Source: an uncultured Rhodopirellula sp.
GTDB taxonomy: Bacteria > Planctomycetota > Planctomycetia > Pirellulales > Pirellulaceae
Length of the DNA stretch: 64,000 bases
NCBI GenBank assembly: GCA_964007735.1
Contig: CAXGAI010000003.1
Location: forward strand, 62,001 to 126,000
Reading direction: 5' to 3'
Shown: positions 51,074 to 61,119 of the stretch, one piece after another
Layout of the letters: each line of letters begins with the position of its first letter
Numbering within the stretch: position 1 is the first letter of the stretch
Notes under the pieces: model-generated
Database searches by the model: none
The model's input: the letters and a program-made list of their open reading frames with translations, nothing else
Told to the model about the DNA's origin: nothing
Made by a program: the position numbers and the translations under genes

Positions 51074-51733
51074 CTAAGACTCTGTTTCAGTTTCTGTTGC
51101 CGTATCTTCTTCCTTGGTTGCCGATGATTCAGACTCCAAAGGAATTGCCGCCGGTCCACTGGAGACAATCACCTGACTAGGGCGTATTACTCGATCATGG
51201 AGTTGGTAGCCCTGACTGGCAACAAATAATATCGTATTGGCGGGCTGCTCTTCACTTGGCTGCATACCAACTGCTTCGTGCAGATTCATATCAAATAGCT
51301 GGCCCGCTTCGGTCGCAATTAACTGACAATTATGCTTTTCAAAGATCTGAAGAATCCCTTTGAGTACCATTTCTACGCCACTTTTTAGTGACTCAACCGA
51401 ACTCGTCTGATCTGCAGCAGACAAAGCACGCTGAAGATTGTCGGTCATTGCCAAAAGATCATTTACCAATGGCAGAGAAGCATATTTACGACTTTCCGCT
51501 GAGTCCCGCATCGCTCGTTTACGAAGATTATCCATCTCAGCTAACAGACGTATATTTTTGTCCTGCAACTCGGCAATCTCCTGTTCGGGCGTCAGTTCTT
51601 CAATAACTTCTGCAATGCCTTCGCCTTCCGGAACTTCCTGGGTAGCCTGTTCAGCTGCTTCTTCAACCAGTTCATTTAATTGCGCTTCATCTTGAAGCAC
51701 TTCGTCCAGATTTTCGTTTTCTTCAGTCATCAT
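51074..51733 (-). CDS. grpE: Nucleotide exchange factor GrpE
   Basis: RLLAEMDNLRKR, DNLQRAL, FDMNLHEAV, GYQLHDRVIRPSQV. Confidence 0.95.
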   Translation of the reverse strand: MMTEENENLDEVLQDEAQLNELVEEAAEQATQEVPEGEGIAEVIEELTPEQEIAELQDKNIRLLAEMDNLRKRAMRDSAESRKYASLPLVNDLLAMTDNLQRALSAADQTSSVESLKSGVEMVLKGILQIFEKHNCQLIATEAGQLFDMNLHEAVGMQPSEEQPANTILFVASQGYQLHDRVIRPSQVIVSSGPAAIPLESESSATKEEDTATETETES

Positions 51734-51742
51734 CTGTTCCTA

Positions 51743-52894
51743 TCATTCATCCTCTTCAGCAGAGCTAAAGAATTCTTTAATAGATTCCATCCAGCTTTTA
51801 CGCTCGGGAGCCACTTCTGTCTTTTCAAGTTCCGCCAATTGACGCAACAATGCTTCCTGTTCGACACTAATTTTCGCGGGGATCTCTACTCTCGTCTCTA
51901 CCAGCAAGTCTCCATGGCGTCCGGTGTGTACGTTGCAAACACCTGCTCCACGCACTCGGAATATTTCTCCTGTTTGTGTCCCGGCAGGAATCGTGACCAA
52001 CTCAATTCCATTGAGCGTTGGAACATCGACTTCAGCACCTAAAACAAATTGAGCATATGTCAATGGAATGCGAACCACCAAATGATCATCATGGCGTTCA
52101 AATACCTTATGCTTCCGCACCCGAATAAAACAGTAGCAATCACCAGTCGCCCCCCCATGAGGGCTGACTTCTCCCTGACCAGAAATGCGAACGCGGGTTC
52201 CGTCGTCAACTCCGGCAGGGATATTAACTTTAATTTCGGACTGTTGAGGAACAACACCTTCGCCACGGCAGTCGACACATGGATTTGCTACGGTACTGCC
52301 ACTTCCCTGACATGCCGGACAGGTAGTTTGCACGCGCAGGATCCCGGCCGACTGAACCACCTGTCCCCGACCGCCACACCGTACGCATGATTCCCGCACA
52401 GCCCCCGGAGCAGCGCCACTTCCATCACAAGACTCACAAAGTTCATTGCGAGTCACCTCGACAACCTTACTACAACCAACAGCCGCTTCTTCTAGATCCA
52501 GTGTTACATCGCAACGAATATCAGCTCCACGCCGGCTTCGTTCCTGTCGACGTGCCCCACCGCCGCCAAACAAACTATCAAAGATCCCACCGCCACTACC
52601 ACCGAACATCCCTCCGAAAGCTTCAAAGATGTCCTCAACACTGGAAAACTGAGGACCGCCACTACCACCCAGTCCAGCATGTCCATACTGATCGTAGCGA
52701 GCACGTTTCTCATCGTCACTTAGAACTTCATACGCTTCAGCCGCTTCTTTAAACTTCTCTACTGCCTCTTCGTTATCCGGATTACTATCTGGATGATACT
52801 TGATGGCGAGTTTACGATAGGCCGAACCGATCCCCCCTTTCGAGGCATCGCGGGGGACTCCTAACACTTCGTAATAATCTCGTTTATCAGCCAT
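51743..52894 (-). CDS. dnaJ: Chaperone DnaJ
   Basis: [13 protein letters not shown] region, four CxxCxGxG. Confidence 0.97.
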   Translation of the reverse strand: MADKRDYYEVLGVPRDASKGGIGSAYRKLAIKYHPDSNPDNEEAVEKFKEAAEAYEVLSDDEKRARYDQYGHAGLGGSGGPQFSSVEDIFEAFGGMFGGSGGGIFDSLFGGGGARRQERSRRGADIRCDVTLDLEEAAVGCSKVVEVTRNELCESCDGSGAAPGAVRESCVRCGGRGQVVQSAGILRVQTTCPACQGSGSTVANPCVDCRGEGVVPQQSEIKVNIPAGVDDGTRVRISGQGEVSPHGGATGDCYCFIRVRKHKVFERHDDHLVVRIPLTYAQFVLGAEVDVPTLNGIELVTIPAGTQTGEIFRVRGAGVCNVHTGRHGDLLVETRVEIPAKISVEQEALLRQLAELEKTEVAPERKSWMESIKEFFSSAEEDE

Positions 52895-52915
52895 CTTCTA
52901 TCGATATGCTTTTAC

Positions 52916-52947
52916 AAAAAAAGCCGCCCCCTTTCGGGAGGCGGCTT
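52916..52947 (-). terminator. Intrinsic terminator between the second groEL and dnaJ
   Basis: Minus strand AAGCCGCCTCCC-GAAA-GGGGGCGGC followed by T7. Confidence 0.88.
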
Positions 52948-52998
52948 ATCTTTCAACTTTTCCGAAAACAAAAATCCGTTGCGTCGCTAAAGTTTTAA

Positions 52999-54621
52999 CT
53001 AATTAACACTTCCTTCGACCGAACCTCGCTCCTTGTCTTCTTTATCGTAGTTGGTCACCAATGCTTCAGTGGTCAGCATCAGCCCTGAAATGCTACCCGC
53101 ATTTGCCAGAGCAGTACGAACCACTTTTACAGGATCCACAACACCAGCTTTGAACATATCGCCATATTCACCGGTATTTGCATCGTAACCATAAGAGATC
53201 GATTTGTTCTCACGAACATTGTCAGCCACAACACTACCGTCAATTCCACCGTTATCAGCGATTTGACGAAGAGGGGCTTCCAAAGCACCGAGAATAATAT
53301 CGACACCCGTCTTTTCGTCACCTTTGGCAGCGGACCTAGCTTCCTGAACTGCTTCCGTACAACGCACAAGAGCAACACCACCACCCGGCAGAATCCCTTC
53401 TTCCACAGCAGCACGGGTTGCATGCAGAGCGTCCTCGATACGAGCTTTCTTCTGCTTCATGTCCGCTTCAGTTTCGGCACCAACCGAAATCACAGCAACG
53501 CCACCGGACAGCTTTGCCAGACGTTCCTGAAACTTCTCTTTATCATATTCACTCTCAGTCTGATCCATCTGGTTATTGATCTGATCAACCCGAGCGTCAA
53601 TTTCTTTTCGACTTCCCAGTCCTTCCACGATCGTGGTGGAACCTTTGTCCGCGGTCACCTTACGTGCCTGACCAAGTTGTTCCAATGTTACATTTTCCAA
53701 CTGGATACCCAAATCTTCACTGATAAGCATACCACCGGTCAGCACAGCAATATCGCCCAGCATGTTCTTACGACGGTCACCAAAACCAGGGGCTTTGACA
53801 GCACAAACATTCAGCACGCCACGCAGTTTATTGACAACCAAGAGAGTCAAAGCTTCCGCATCAACATCTTCAGCGATGATCATCAAAGGTTTACCGGTGT
53901 TACCAACTTTCTCCAGTACGGGAACAAGAGCCTGCAGATTACTGATCTTCTTTTCGTGGATCAGAATATAGGCATCTTCCATCACGCAATCCATCTCAGC
54001 CGGACGGTTGATGAAATAAGGTGATACATAACCTTTATCAAACTGCATTCCATCTACGAAATCGACCGTTGTTTCGGTTGTCTTACCTTCTTCAACGGTA
54101 ATCACACCATCTTTGCCGACTCGTTCCAAAGCATCCGCCAGCAGATTTCCGATTTCATCATCGTTGTTGGCACTAATAGCGCCAACCTGAGCCACTTCTT
54201 CCTTACTTGAAACAGGCTTAGCAATCGAAAGCAATTTATTTTCTGCCGCTGTCACTGCCTTTTCAATGCCTCGCCGGACGGACATCGGGTTACTACCAGC
54301 CACGATGTTTCGCAAGCCTTCGCGGTAGATGGATCGTGCCAGAACGGTTGCGGTCGTCGTACCGTCACCGGCTAGATCTGAAGTTTTCTGAGCAACTTCA
54401 ACGACCAGACGAGCACCCATATTCTCAAAGCGATCTTCCAGTTCGATCTCTTTGGCAACCGTAACACCGTCCTTCGTGACAGTTGGTCCACCAAACGATT
54501 TATCAATAATCACATTACGTCCTGTTGGACCCATCGTGACAGCAACTGCATCGGCTAGTTTACTGACACCACGCAACAAACGTGAACGAGCGTTATCTTC
54601 AAACAAAAGCTGTTTAGCCAC
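52999..54621 (-). CDS. groEL: Chaperonin GroEL (copy without GGM tail)
   Basis: [33 protein letters not shown]. Confidence 0.97.
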   Translation of the reverse strand: MAKQLLFEDNARSRLLRGVSKLADAVAVTMGPTGRNVIIDKSFGGPTVTKDGVTVAKEIELEDRFENMGARLVVEVAQKTSDLAGDGTTTATVLARSIYREGLRNIVAGSNPMSVRRGIEKAVTAAENKLLSIAKPVSSKEEVAQVGAISANNDDEIGNLLADALERVGKDGVITVEEGKTTETTVDFVDGMQFDKGYVSPYFINRPAEMDCVMEDAYILIHEKKISNLQALVPVLEKVGNTGKPLMIIAEDVDAEALTLLVVNKLRGVLNVCAVKAPGFGDRRKNMLGDIAVLTGGMLISEDLGIQLENVTLEQLGQARKVTADKGSTTIVEGLGSRKEIDARVDQINNQMDQTESEYDKEKFQERLAKLSGGVAVISVGAETEADMKQKKARIEDALHATRAAVEEGILPGGGVALVRCTEAVQEARSAAKGDEKTGVDIILGALEAPLRQIADNGGIDGSVVADNVRENKSISYGYDANTGEYGDMFKAGVVDPVKVVRTALANAGSISGLMLTTEALVTNYDKEDKERGSVEGSVN

Positions 54622-54683
54622 AATTCAAACTCCTAGAGTTGAATAATTAGTTAGGAACAATCAGGGAATTGATCCCGTTGTTG

Positions 54684-54989
54684 TTAGTCGAGTACTTTCG
54701 CCAGAATTTCTGCTTCTCGCAGAATTTTGACATCCTCACCATTTACTTCAATATCTGTACCACCGAACTTGCCGTAGATAACTACATCACCCACTTCAAG
54801 TGAAAGACCTGCACGGTCCCCACTTTCAAGTAAACGGCCACTTCCACAAGCGATCACAGTACCTCTTTGCGGTTTTTCTTTTGCCGAGTCTGGAAGCACA
54901 ATACCACCTGCCGTTACTTCTTCGCTTTCCGCAGGGCGAATCACTACTCGATCATCCAGAGGACGAACTTTGATCTTTGCCATGATCAT
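54684..54989 (-). CDS. groES: Co-chaperonin GroES
   Basis: PLDDRV, TAGGIVLPDSAKEKP. Confidence 0.97.
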   Translation of the reverse strand: MIMAKIKVRPLDDRVVIRPAESEEVTAGGIVLPDSAKEKPQRGTVIACGSGRLLESGDRAGLSLEVGDVVIYGKFGGTDIEVNGEDVKILREAEILAKVLD

Positions 54990-55045
54990 TTATTCCTTCA
55001 TATAGTTTATTTTTAAAATTAATAAGAACGGTAATCAGCAGCTGA

Positions 55046-56752
55046 TTACATCATGCCGGGCATGCCGCCCATGCCGCCCATGCCTCCCATGCCACCCATG
55101 CCACCCATGCCTGGCATACCGCCACCCATGCCGTGATCATGATGATCATGATGATCGTCATCTTCTTCCTCAACAGGAATCTCTGTTACCAGACACTCTG
55201 TGGTCAATAGGAGCGATGCCACACTGGAAGAATTTTGCAACGCTGTACGAATGACTTTCGCAGGTTCAATAATACCCATCTCGATCATATCGCCGTACTT
55301 ATCTTTATCAGCATTGTAGCCGTCCGATTTACCTTTCAGCTTCCGAACACGATTAACGATCACCGCACCATCGAGTCCTGCGTTCTTCGCAATCGCTCGC
55401 AATGGATAGTCCAGAATATTCTGAATGATCTGAGCCCCCATCGCTTCGTCGCCCTCTAAGGCAAGCGAACCAATCGCTCGATCCGCTCGAATAAGAGCCA
55501 CACCGCCACCAGCAACAATACCCTCTTCCAAGGCTGCTTGCGTCGCGGCTTTAGCATCTTCCAATAACGCCTTACGTTCCTTCATTTCAGTTTCCGTTGT
55601 GGCACCACAGTTAATCTGGGCAACACCGCCGGCCAGCTTCGCCAATCGTTCCTGCAACTTCTCGCGATCATACTCGCTGTCAGTAACTTCGATTTCATTA
55701 CGAATCTGATCAGCACGACCTTCGATATCTTCCTTACTTCCGGCTCCACCAACCATCACAGTACTTTCAGAAGTAATGCGTAGTTTCCTGACAGATCCCA
55801 AGTCCGACAATTTGACACTTTCCAGCTCAATTCCAAGGTCTTTGAAGATCGGAGTAGCCCCGGTCAGCACGGCAATATCTCCCAGAATCGCTTTGCGACG
55901 ATCCCCGTAACCGGGAGCTTTGACAGCACAAACATTGAGAATACCTCGCATCTTATTCACTACCAAAGTAGCTAATGCTTCTCCTTCAATGTCTTCGGCG
56001 ACAATCAATAATGGCTTCTTAGCCTGGCTAACTGCTTCCAGCAATGGAATCAGCTTCTTGTTCGACGTAATCTTTTCTTCGAACAAGAGGATCAGACAGT
56101 TTTCCAATTCAACCGTCACTTCACTTTCGTTGGTGACGAAGTGAGGAGAAAGGAATCCACGATCAAACTGCATCCCTTCCACAACTTCGACTGTTGTTTC
56201 GCTTCCGCGTCCCTCTTCCACCGTTATAACGCCGTCTTTACCAACCTTAATAAAGGCATCGGCAAGGACATTACCGATGGTACTGTCGTTGTTGCCAGCG
56301 ATTGTTGCAACCTGCTGAATTTCTTTTTTGTTCTTTGAGTCGATTGCAATTGCCTGCTTGGAAATCTTATCACAAACAGCGTCAACCGCTTTGCTGATTC
56401 CCCGGCCAAGTGCCATGGGGTCTGCACCAGCTGCAATCATCTTCAAACCTTCGCGAAAGATCGCTTCAGCCAGTACAGTTGCAGTCGTCGTACCATCACC
56501 AGCCACTTCATTCGTCTTGCTAGCAGCTTCCTTCACCAACTGAGCGCCTAGGTTCTCAAAGACGTTGTCTAATTCAATGTCTTCGGCAACGGTGACACCA
56601 TCTTTGGTGACTTTCGGTGATCCCCATCCTTTGTCCAAGACAGCATTTCGACCACGAGGTCCAAGTGTACTTCGTACCGCGCGGGCCAGTTTGGCAACTC
56701 CAGACAACAATGACTGCCGAGCCTTGTCGTCAAATACCATTTGTTTTGCCAC
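55046..56752 (-). CDS. groEL: Chaperonin GroEL (copy with acidic/His/GGM tail)
   Basis: GTG 56752 after AAGGAG gives [23 protein letters not shown]; tail [25 protein letters not shown]... Confidence 0.96.
   Translation of the reverse strand: MAKQMVFDDKARQSLLSGVAKLARAVRSTLGPRGRNAVLDKGWGSPKVTKDGVTVAEDIELDNVFENLGAQLVKEAASKTNEVAGDGTTTATVLAEAIFREGLKMIAAGADPMALGRGISKAVDAVCDKISKQAIAIDSKNKKEIQQVATIAGNNDSTIGNVLADAFIKVGKDGVITVEEGRGSETTVEVVEGMQFDRGFLSPHFVTNESEVTVELENCLILLFEEKITSNKKLIPLLEAVSQAKKPLLIVAEDIEGEALATLVVNKMRGILNVCAVKAPGYGDRRKAILGDIAVLTGATPIFKDLGIELESVKLSDLGSVRKLRITSESTVMVGGAGSKEDIEGRADQIRNEIEVTDSEYDREKLQERLAKLAGGVAQINCGATTETEMKERKALLEDAKAATQAALEEGIVAGGGVALIRADRAIGSLALEGDEAMGAQIIQNILDYPLRAIAKNAGLDGAVIVNRVRKLKGKSDGYNADKDKYGDMIEMGIIEPAKVIRTALQNSSSVASLLLTTECLVTEIPVEEEDDDHHDHHDHGMGGGMPGMGGMGGMGGMGGMGGMPGMM
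55049..55132 (-). repeat. Imperfect 9-bp tandem repeat encoding the GGM tail
   Basis: Repeated CATGCCNCC units on the plus strand. Confidence 0.85.
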
Positions 56753-56896
56753 GTCCGGATTCTCCTTCAAAGAGTGTTCCAAAAGCGTTTAATTCATATC
56801 AACGGAAATGACGTTCCATTTCCAATTCTCTTTATCTATCTGTTAATTAGCGTACCCAACAAGGAACATCAAATTAACGATCGATACAGTGGACAA

Positions 56897-56913
56897 CGCA
56901 ACACGCGTGCCAA
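56897..56913 (-). promoter_or_regulatory. Sigma54 (RpoN) -24/-12 promoter of the chaperone operon
   Basis: Minus strand TTGGCACGCGTGTTGCG matches TGGCACG-N4-TTGC exactly, about 145 nt upstream of groEL. Confidence 0.8.
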
Positions 56914-57071
56914 AGTATCCAAAATATTCCAGAAACGGCTCGGAGACAAGCACACAGGCACTTATTATTTGCCGCTTTTCCCTTTACTTTAGCTCTCTTA
57001 AAAACGCAAAAAAGAGCTCTCAATCTAAGTAGTCCTCGTTTGCCACAGCGAAATCAAGGGAAATTGCTCGA

Positions 57072-57124
57072 TGCCAAATTGGCAGGACGGCAAAAACAGG
57101 GTTTCTTGACGTGTCAGTTTGACA
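57072..57124. promoter_or_regulatory. Two palindromes, candidate enhancer-binding-protein sites
   Basis: TGCCA-AAT-TGGCA (57072-57084) and TGTCA-GTT-TGACA (57112-57124), 40 bp apart. Confidence 0.55.
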
Positions 57125-57237
57125 GAAATCCATCGCAGCGTCTTTGAAAAACTAGCGTTGTACCAACTTAGGTGCAACTGTGAACGCGAATTTCAACCCA
57201 AACAAGGTCCTAATAGGATGGCTTGAAGAGCCCAACG

Positions 57238-58305
57238 CTAATCAATTCGCGGCGTGAAGTCGTCTTCAGACGTATAATTCGCCGCAAAACCCGCCAGCAG
57301 GGAAGCTGCATGGTCGATATCCTCCAGCGAAATCGTCTCCACCGCACTGTGCATATAGCGATTAGGAATCGTAACCAGACCAGTCGCTACGCCGCTACGA
57401 TTCAACTGTATTACATTGGCATCGTTCGATGCACCTCGACCTATCGCGGCCAGTTGATATGGGATCTGATCCTGAGCAGCAACATCACGCAATTTTTGTA
57501 CGACGAGCGGATTACAGTTGGGGCCGCGATAAACAGTTGGTCCAGCCCCCAACTTAATATCACCCTGTTGCTTCTTATCGATGCTCGGACAATCCGTAGC
57601 ATGGGTTACATCCACGGCAATTGCGGCTGTAGGAGCAATGCCAAAGGCGCTCGTCCGCGCTCCTCTCAGCCCGATTTCCTCCTGAACCGTTGACACAGCA
57701 AAAACACCACACGTAGGATAGCGGTCTTTCGCACGCCTTAAAGCTTCGATCACTACCCATACTCCAGTGCGATTATCCATACAGGGAGCATTAGCCAGAC
57801 CGTTTAGCATCTCCTGCATTCCGAGACTCAATGTTACGGGGTCACCAACTTCGACTAATGCCTCTGCATCTTCTTTATTATTGGCACCAATGTCCAACCA
57901 CATATCTGTCAGCTTCACCACCTGCTTACGTTCCACGTCCGTTAGCAAGTGAATTGGTTTACGCGAAATAACCGCGTGCACCGGCCCGGTCGCACTCCAA
58001 ATGACCATACGCTGACCAATTAACTGCTGAGGGTCCCACCCTCCAATCGTCTGAGCATAGACAAATCCGTTGTCATCAATGTGCGATACCAACATTCCAA
58101 TCTGGTCACAGTGGCCTGCAAACATCAGCTTAGAGCCGGACTCAGGATTGATTGCACATATGACATTGCCATGAACATCTGTTGTAATTTCATCCGCAAA
58201 ATCGGCAGCATAATCCCGAACGATCTGCTGCACGCGTTCCTCGTACCCGGAAGGGCCTGGCGTTTCCAGCAGATTCACCAAGAAATCCTTTGATCCCTGA
58301 TCCAT
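57238..58305 (-). CDS. M42-family metallopeptidase
   Basis: PGPSGYE, GHCDQIG, DNR, QEEIG, DVTH, YMHS. Confidence 0.93.
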   Translation of the reverse strand: MDQGSKDFLVNLLETPGPSGYEERVQQIVRDYAADFADEITTDVHGNVICAINPESGSKLMFAGHCDQIGMLVSHIDDNGFVYAQTIGGWDPQQLIGQRMVIWSATGPVHAVISRKPIHLLTDVERKQVVKLTDMWLDIGANNKEDAEALVEVGDPVTLSLGMQEMLNGLANAPCMDNRTGVWVVIEALRRAKDRYPTCGVFAVSTVQEEIGLRGARTSAFGIAPTAAIAVDVTHATDCPSIDKKQQGDIKLGAGPTVYRGPNCNPLVVQKLRDVAAQDQIPYQLAAIGRGASNDANVIQLNRSGVATGLVTIPNRYMHSAVETISLEDIDHAASLLAGFAANYTSEDDFTPRID

Positions 58306-58403
58306 ATTTTAGTTCCTTCTGTGTTTTTACTCTTCAGTTCCCTCTAACCATTTCATGCATTATCAAGACCAAACCCTGATATTTTGAGGGGTTTCCGGGA
58401 TCC

Positions 58404-58432
58404 TTGACCATTTCAAAATATCGACCTAGGAT
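58404..58432 (+). promoter_or_regulatory. Candidate sigma70 promoter of hom-apgM-lysC
   Basis: TTGACC-N17-TAGGAT. Confidence 0.5.
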
Positions 58433-58547
58433 GGCCTACCTATGCCTAGTCATCCGAATCGCCAACTATGAGTGTAACGAATCCATTCTGATAAACCTAT
58501 CGGGGGCCTAGACAACACACTACGCTAAACTCACAGGCAGAGCATCC

Positions 58548-59846
58548 ATGGAAAAAACAAAAATTGCCATCATCGGCCTAGGAACAGTCGGGACGGGCGT
58601 TGCCAAGCTGCTACTGGATCATGGAGATCGTACGGCGCGACATGCAGGACGTATTCCATGGCTTGAAAAAGTTGTCGTACAAAACCTCAGCAAACCACGC
58701 GACGTTGCAATCCCGGACGGAGTGCTAACCGACAATCTCAATGCTGTGCTTCAAAACCCTGAGATTACAGTCGTTGCGCAGTTGATCGGTGGTCTTGAGC
58801 CGGCCCGTACCATCATGTTGCAACTGCTTGATGCCGGCAAAGATATTATCACTGCCAACAAAGCGTTACTGGCCGTCCACGGTCCGGAACTGTTTGACAA
58901 AGCTCGTCAACTGGGACGTTGCATTGCTTTCGAAGCATCGGTTGCCGGGGGTATCCCAATCATTACTAACATTGGACAATGCCTGACCGCCAATCAGATC
59001 ACATCACTTCGTGGAATCCTAAACGGCACATGCAACTTCATCATCACCCAAATGCAGGAGCATAGTACCGATTACGAAAAAGTTGTCAAAGAAGCGCAAC
59101 GTCTTGGATACGCGGAAGCGGATCCAACACTGGACGTCAACGGCGCTGATACGGCTCAAAAACTTTCAATCCTTAGCCAACTCGCCTTTGGCGTGCGCGG
59201 AAACTGGGAAGACATTCCGTGCAAAGGTATCGATGATCTAGATATCGCTGATATCGGCTATGCCGATCGTCTTGGCTACCGTATCAAACTGCTGGCGATG
59301 GCCAAACTTGTAGACAACGAAGTTGAGATGAGTGTAAGCCCTACGCTGATCAAAAAAGGATCACCACTGGCCGAAGTGCAAAATGCGTTTAACGCGATCC
59401 GAGTACTTGGAGATGCTGTCGGCCCGGTTTTCTATCATGGACAAGGAGCAGGGCAAATGCCGACAGCCTCGGCCGTCGTAGCAGACATTATCGATACGGT
59501 CGTGGGACGCAGTCAGATCACTTTCAACAATCTTGAACTTTGGTCGGAAAATAATCGCCCCCGTTCAATGGCTGATGCCGGCCCGTCTATAAACCGATAC
59601 TATTTGAGGATGCAAGTTATTGACCAGCCAGGAGTAATGGCTGAAATTACGGGCATCCTGGGCAACAACGGAGTCTCGATCGCTTCCATCATTCAACACA
59701 AATCCGAGAATCAGAACACTAATGCAACTGTTCCACTAGTCATCATGAGCCACAATACGACCCAGACTGCAATCACAAATTCTGTCATGCAATTCGAGCA
59801 ATCGGAGAACATTGAAACGAAAGCGGTAGTCCTGAAAGTTCTGTAA
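58548..59846 (+). CDS. hom: Homoserine dehydrogenase with C-terminal ACT domain
   Basis: GLGTVG, TANKA, EASVAGGIP, NGTCN, GYAEADP, GAGQMPTASAV, DQPGV. Confidence 0.96.
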   Translation: MEKTKIAIIGLGTVGTGVAKLLLDHGDRTARHAGRIPWLEKVVVQNLSKPRDVAIPDGVLTDNLNAVLQNPEITVVAQLIGGLEPARTIMLQLLDAGKDIITANKALLAVHGPELFDKARQLGRCIAFEASVAGGIPIITNIGQCLTANQITSLRGILNGTCNFIITQMQEHSTDYEKVVKEAQRLGYAEADPTLDVNGADTAQKLSILSQLAFGVRGNWEDIPCKGIDDLDIADIGYADRLGYRIKLLAMAKLVDNEVEMSVSPTLIKKGSPLAEVQNAFNAIRVLGDAVGPVFYHGQGAGQMPTASAVVADIIDTVVGRSQITFNNLELWSENNRPRSMADAGPSINRYYLRMQVIDQPGVMAEITGILGNNGVSIASIIQHKSENQNTNATVPLVIMSHNTTQTAITNSVMQFEQSENIETKAVVLKVL

Positions 59847-59877
59847 CGACATCCACTTCTCAAATTCAGGTAGTCAC

Positions 59878-61077
59878 ATGAAATATGCAATCATCATTCC
59901 CGACGGCTGTGCCGATGAACCTCAGGAAAGTCTGGGCGGTAAAACACCATTGCAAGCTGCTAACATACCGCATATGGATGCTGTGGTGCAAAAAGGCGTC
60001 ATCGGTGCCGCCAATCATGTTCCGCTTCATCTTCCTGCAGGATCTGCAGTGGCCAACATGTCCCTGCTTGGCTTTGATCCTCAGCAGTACTTCTCAGGCC
60101 GCGCTCCTTTGGAAGCGGCAGCTCAGGGAATCGAACTTGGTCCTCAAGACTGGGGTATCCGCTGTAATCTGGTAACCGTTAAGGACCAGATGATGACAGA
60201 TTTCACCGCAGATCATATTACCGATGAAGAAGCTACCGAGTTGTTGGCCACCGTCCAACAGGAACTGGGAAGCGACATTCTGGAATTCATCCCGGGAGTT
60301 AGCTATCGAAACCTGTTGATCTACCGTGGTGAAAAATCCGAAGCTCCATTCAGCAATGATACTCGTACAACGCCTCCGCATGACCTGACAGACAATTCTA
60401 TTATCAACGATTTTCCACGGGGGCCCGGCAGTGATCTACTTAGTTCACTGATGAGCGATAGTGTTGAGCTATTCGAAGATCATCCGGTGAATCAACAACG
60501 AATTGCCCAAGGTAAGCTACCCGCGACCAACATTTGGTTATGGGGACTTGGAGTCACTCCCAAACTACCGGACTTCAAAGACGTTTACGGCAAACAGGGT
60601 AAGATGATTACCGCCGTTGACCTACTGCGAGGAATTGCAACACTGATCAATTGGGATTGTATCGAAGTTGAAGGTGCCACCGGGTATACCGACACAAATT
60701 ATGCCGGCAAAGGTCAGTCTGCAATTAAGGCTCTCGATTCCACCGACATTATCTGTGTTCATATCGAAGCAACCGACGAAGCTTCTCATGAGGGTGATGC
60801 CTCAGCTAAAATCAAAGCTTTGGAAGAAATTGACACCCATATCGTCGGCCCCTTGCTCGCCGATCTGGAATCAAGGGGAGATTACCGAGTATTAGTTTCA
60901 CCGGATCACCCAACGCCAATTCGCACTAAAACTCACAGTCACGGGATTGTGCCTTTTGCCATCGCAGGTTCAGGCATATCCGCTGACGGACAATCCAGTT
61001 ATAACGAAATTCAGGCTGAAGCCTCTGCACTTCAATACCCTAATGGGCATCAAGTCATGAAGTATTTTCTCTCCTAA
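59878..61077 (+). CDS. apgM: Cofactor-independent phosphoglycerate mutase family (ApgM type; 'proposed homoserine kinase' subfamily)
   Basis: DGCAD, GKTPL, GSAVAN (catalytic Ser), GRAPLEA, DEASH, PDHPTP. Confidence 0.85.
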   Translation: MKYAIIIPDGCADEPQESLGGKTPLQAANIPHMDAVVQKGVIGAANHVPLHLPAGSAVANMSLLGFDPQQYFSGRAPLEAAAQGIELGPQDWGIRCNLVTVKDQMMTDFTADHITDEEATELLATVQQELGSDILEFIPGVSYRNLLIYRGEKSEAPFSNDTRTTPPHDLTDNSIINDFPRGPGSDLLSSLMSDSVELFEDHPVNQQRIAQGKLPATNIWLWGLGVTPKLPDFKDVYGKQGKMITAVDLLRGIATLINWDCIEVEGATGYTDTNYAGKGQSAIKALDSTDIICVHIEATDEASHEGDASAKIKALEEIDTHIVGPLLADLESRGDYRVLVSPDHPTPIRTKTHSHGIVPFAIAGSGISADGQSSYNEIQAEASALQYPNGHQVMKYFLS

Positions 61078-61119
61078 GCAAAATCACAATCCATCCTTTC
61101 AATCTCTGTATTAAGCAAC

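Noticed and set aside
53263..54024. 253-aa plus-strand ORF, and similar ORFs antisense to purL, purM, dnaJ and the transglutaminases
   Set aside because: They lie wholly antisense to well-supported genes and have no motifs, as expected from codon-bias shadows.
56989..57018. TTAGCTCTC resembling the left arm of CIRCE
   Set aside because: There is no GAGTGCTAA-like right arm at 9-bp spacing.
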